Assembly (NCBI RefSeq): GCF_024521635.1
Contig: NW_026250414.1
Span: 682,001 to 746,000, forward strand
DNA: 64,000 nucleotides
Reading direction: 5' to 3'
Source: Tricharina praecox
Taxonomy: Eukaryota
Part shown: positions 62,221 through 64,000 of the stretch, in pieces
Position numbering within the stretch: the first letter of the stretch is position 1
Layout of the letters: each line of letters begins with the position of its first letter
Position numbers and translations under genes: made by a program
Notes under the pieces: generated by a model
What the model was told of the DNA's origin: nothing
Databases searched by the model: none
What the model saw: only the letters and a program-made list of their open reading frames with translations

Positions 62221-62818
62221 GAGGAGTTAGCTTAAATTTTGGGGAGGGGGGGGCTTTTTTTTTGCGCACTGGGATTGTCATTGTTGTGGCTTCCGTTGGA
62301 TTTTCACAGTGCGCTTTTTTTTTACTCTTCCACCCATCATCTTTTTTTTTTCGTTGTTTTGTTTGCTCGCGATCTGTGGTTTTTTTGTGCGTGATGTGAT
62401 GTGCGTGCACGTTTGTGGCTTGAGTTGGTATTCGTGAGATGATGATTGTGGCTTGACTGGTATTCGTGAGATGATGATTGTGGGGGATTGATGCTTCATG
62501 ATTCATGATGCTGGGTTGCGGAAGATGGTTAATGGACGCGGAGAAAAGTACTTGTTTTTGCACGAAATACTACATTATTACTAGTAGTTCTCTTATAATT
62601 TCTTCTACGCAATTAGCACATAGCACGCTTGAGCGAATGAATCTCTATGGATTGAGCCCTTTTTTACGATGGGAGAAGCTTCATTGCCTCATGGAACGGT
62701 TTCTCACGAGGGACGTGTACCTTGCCTGTCAGGAGTATGAATCTCCATCAGACATCTACTTAGCTAGCAAATCTACCACTAGAATGGCGGACCGACCTCT
62801 CAATTCAGCTCAATTGGT

Positions 62819-64000
62819 TTAAATGTTCTTCTCCCTCATCTTTGCCAGCGCCTCCATGATTCCCACGCCAACACCATCCTCCTCCAGCACATCTACATCT
62901 ACATCTACATCCTCCTTCTCCTTCTCCTTCCCCTTCTCCGGCCGACTCGACGCTCCCCTGACGACACTCACACTCACCCTCACCCTCGACCTCGCCGCCT
63001 CCTCCGCAGCCTCAAACTCCGCCACCGCCGCCAGCGCATCCGCGTCGTCCTCAATGACCCACGCCTCGGGCACCTGCGCCCTCACGGCCGTCGCAGCGGC
63101 CGACGCAATCCCCAACCTCGCCGCGACACCATCCGCCTCCGAGGCGGGCATCACCACCCTCTTCCCCGCCTTTTCCCCCCCTTGCAGCTTCCTCTTCCCG
63201 ACCACGAACCCCTCCCCGACCGCCCTCTCGAGCCTGGCAACCTTCTGCTGCCCCCAGCCAGAGATCATAATGACCTCTTCGGGTCTTGCATTAACCGCTC
63301 TTCTCACACTCCCAAACGTCGACACCAGCGTAACCGCGTCGGTCTTATTAACCCCCCGCACCTTTGTAAACATCTCCACCAGCCGCGTGCCATAATCCGC
63401 CGCGACCTTCTCGCGGATCGCGGTCGGCGCAGTGTGCTCCTGCGTCTTGAATAGCTCCAGGTAGCGCGCGGACTCGGAGGCGCTCCAGGATAACAGAAGG
63501 GACGCGCCCGAGAGGAGGCAGGTCTTGGTTAGGACGCGGAGAGAGTCGGCGTGGGTGGGGATGTCGACGAGCACGAGGAGGATGCGGAGGCTGTGGTTCA
63601 CGCCGAGGGAGGACAGACGCGTGTGGATGTAGTCTGGGTGCAGCTTGTGGTACTTTAGTGATAGGAATAGTGCTGCCGTGGACGCGCCTAGGAGGTAGTC
63701 GGCGGATAGGGTCGACGGGCCGTATTCCCAGGAGCAGGCGCGGATGTGGGATAGCAGCGGGTTGCCTTTCTGGGGAGCAGGTGGGGTTAGTACGGCGGCG
63801 ACGGCGGCGGCGAGGGGGGAGGGGGAGGGGAGCGCTACCTGCCGCGGTGACACGATTATCGCGGAGCCTTTGCCGCTGCCGCCGACTTTGCGCGGGACTG
63901 GTTGCACTGGTGCGGCGGGTTTTGCTGGTGGTTGTTGCGCAGGCTGTGGAGCTGCTGCTGGTGGAGCTGCTGCTGCTGCTGGTGCAGGTGCAGGTGCTGG
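62819..64000 (-). CDS. RAD10: Rad10/ERCC1/Swi10 nucleotide-excision repair protein, 5' end outside the window
   Basis: IIVSPRQ-[intron 63770-63838]-KGNPLL, ADYLLG, ALFLSLKYHKLHPDYI, and the HhH region VRGVNKTDAVTLVSTFGS. Confidence 0.95.
   Translation of the reverse strand, partial: PAPAPAPAAAAAPPAAAPQPAQQPPAKPAAPVQPVPRKVGGSGKGSAIIVSPRQVALPSPSPLAAAVAAVLTPPAPQKGNPLLSHIRACSWEYGPSTLSADYLLGASTAALFLSLKYHKLHPDYIHTRLSSLGVNHSLRILLVLVDIPTHADSLRVLTKTCLLSGASLLLSWSASESARYLELFKTQEHTAPTAIREKVAADYGTRLVEMFTKVRGVNKTDAVTLVSTFGSVRRAVNARPEEVIMISGWGQQKVARLERAVGEGFVVGKRKLQGGEKAGKRVVMPASEADGVAARLGIASAAATAVRAQVPEAWVIEDDADALAAVAEFEAAEEAARSRVRVSVSVVRGASSRPEKGKEKEKEDVDVDVDVLEEDGVGVGIMEALAKMREKNI

Overview
Eukaryotic genomic DNA from a filamentous ascomycete, possibly Pezizomycetes (inferred from short GT-AG introns with CTRAC branch points, gene content and microsatellite-rich intergenic DNA). 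Recognisable genes: an intronless GH7 cellobiohydrolase with CBM1, a small SET-domain protein, a Zn2Cys6 transcription factor, an alpha/beta hydrolase, Vps9, a membrane-anchored CPYS glutaredoxin, a LaeA-like SAM methyltransferase, a divergent Ser/Thr kinase, a JmjC protein, a multi-zinc-finger RGG protein and a 5'-truncated Rad10/ERCC1. Three items are not apparent from the ORF track. (1) A 999-bp internally deleted Helitron (12740-13738) has both termini intact; removing it restores a spliced host ORF. (2) A dispersed SINE-like or LINE-3'-tail retroposon family has about four copies, A-rich tails and a 3' stem-loop, and one copy has a perfect 14-bp target-site duplication. (3) A decayed tyrosinase pseudogene lies next to the cellulase gene. 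I found no CRISPR, rRNA or tRNA, and I cannot establish a wholly new biological system from sequence alone. All family assignments are by motif recognition, without database searches.
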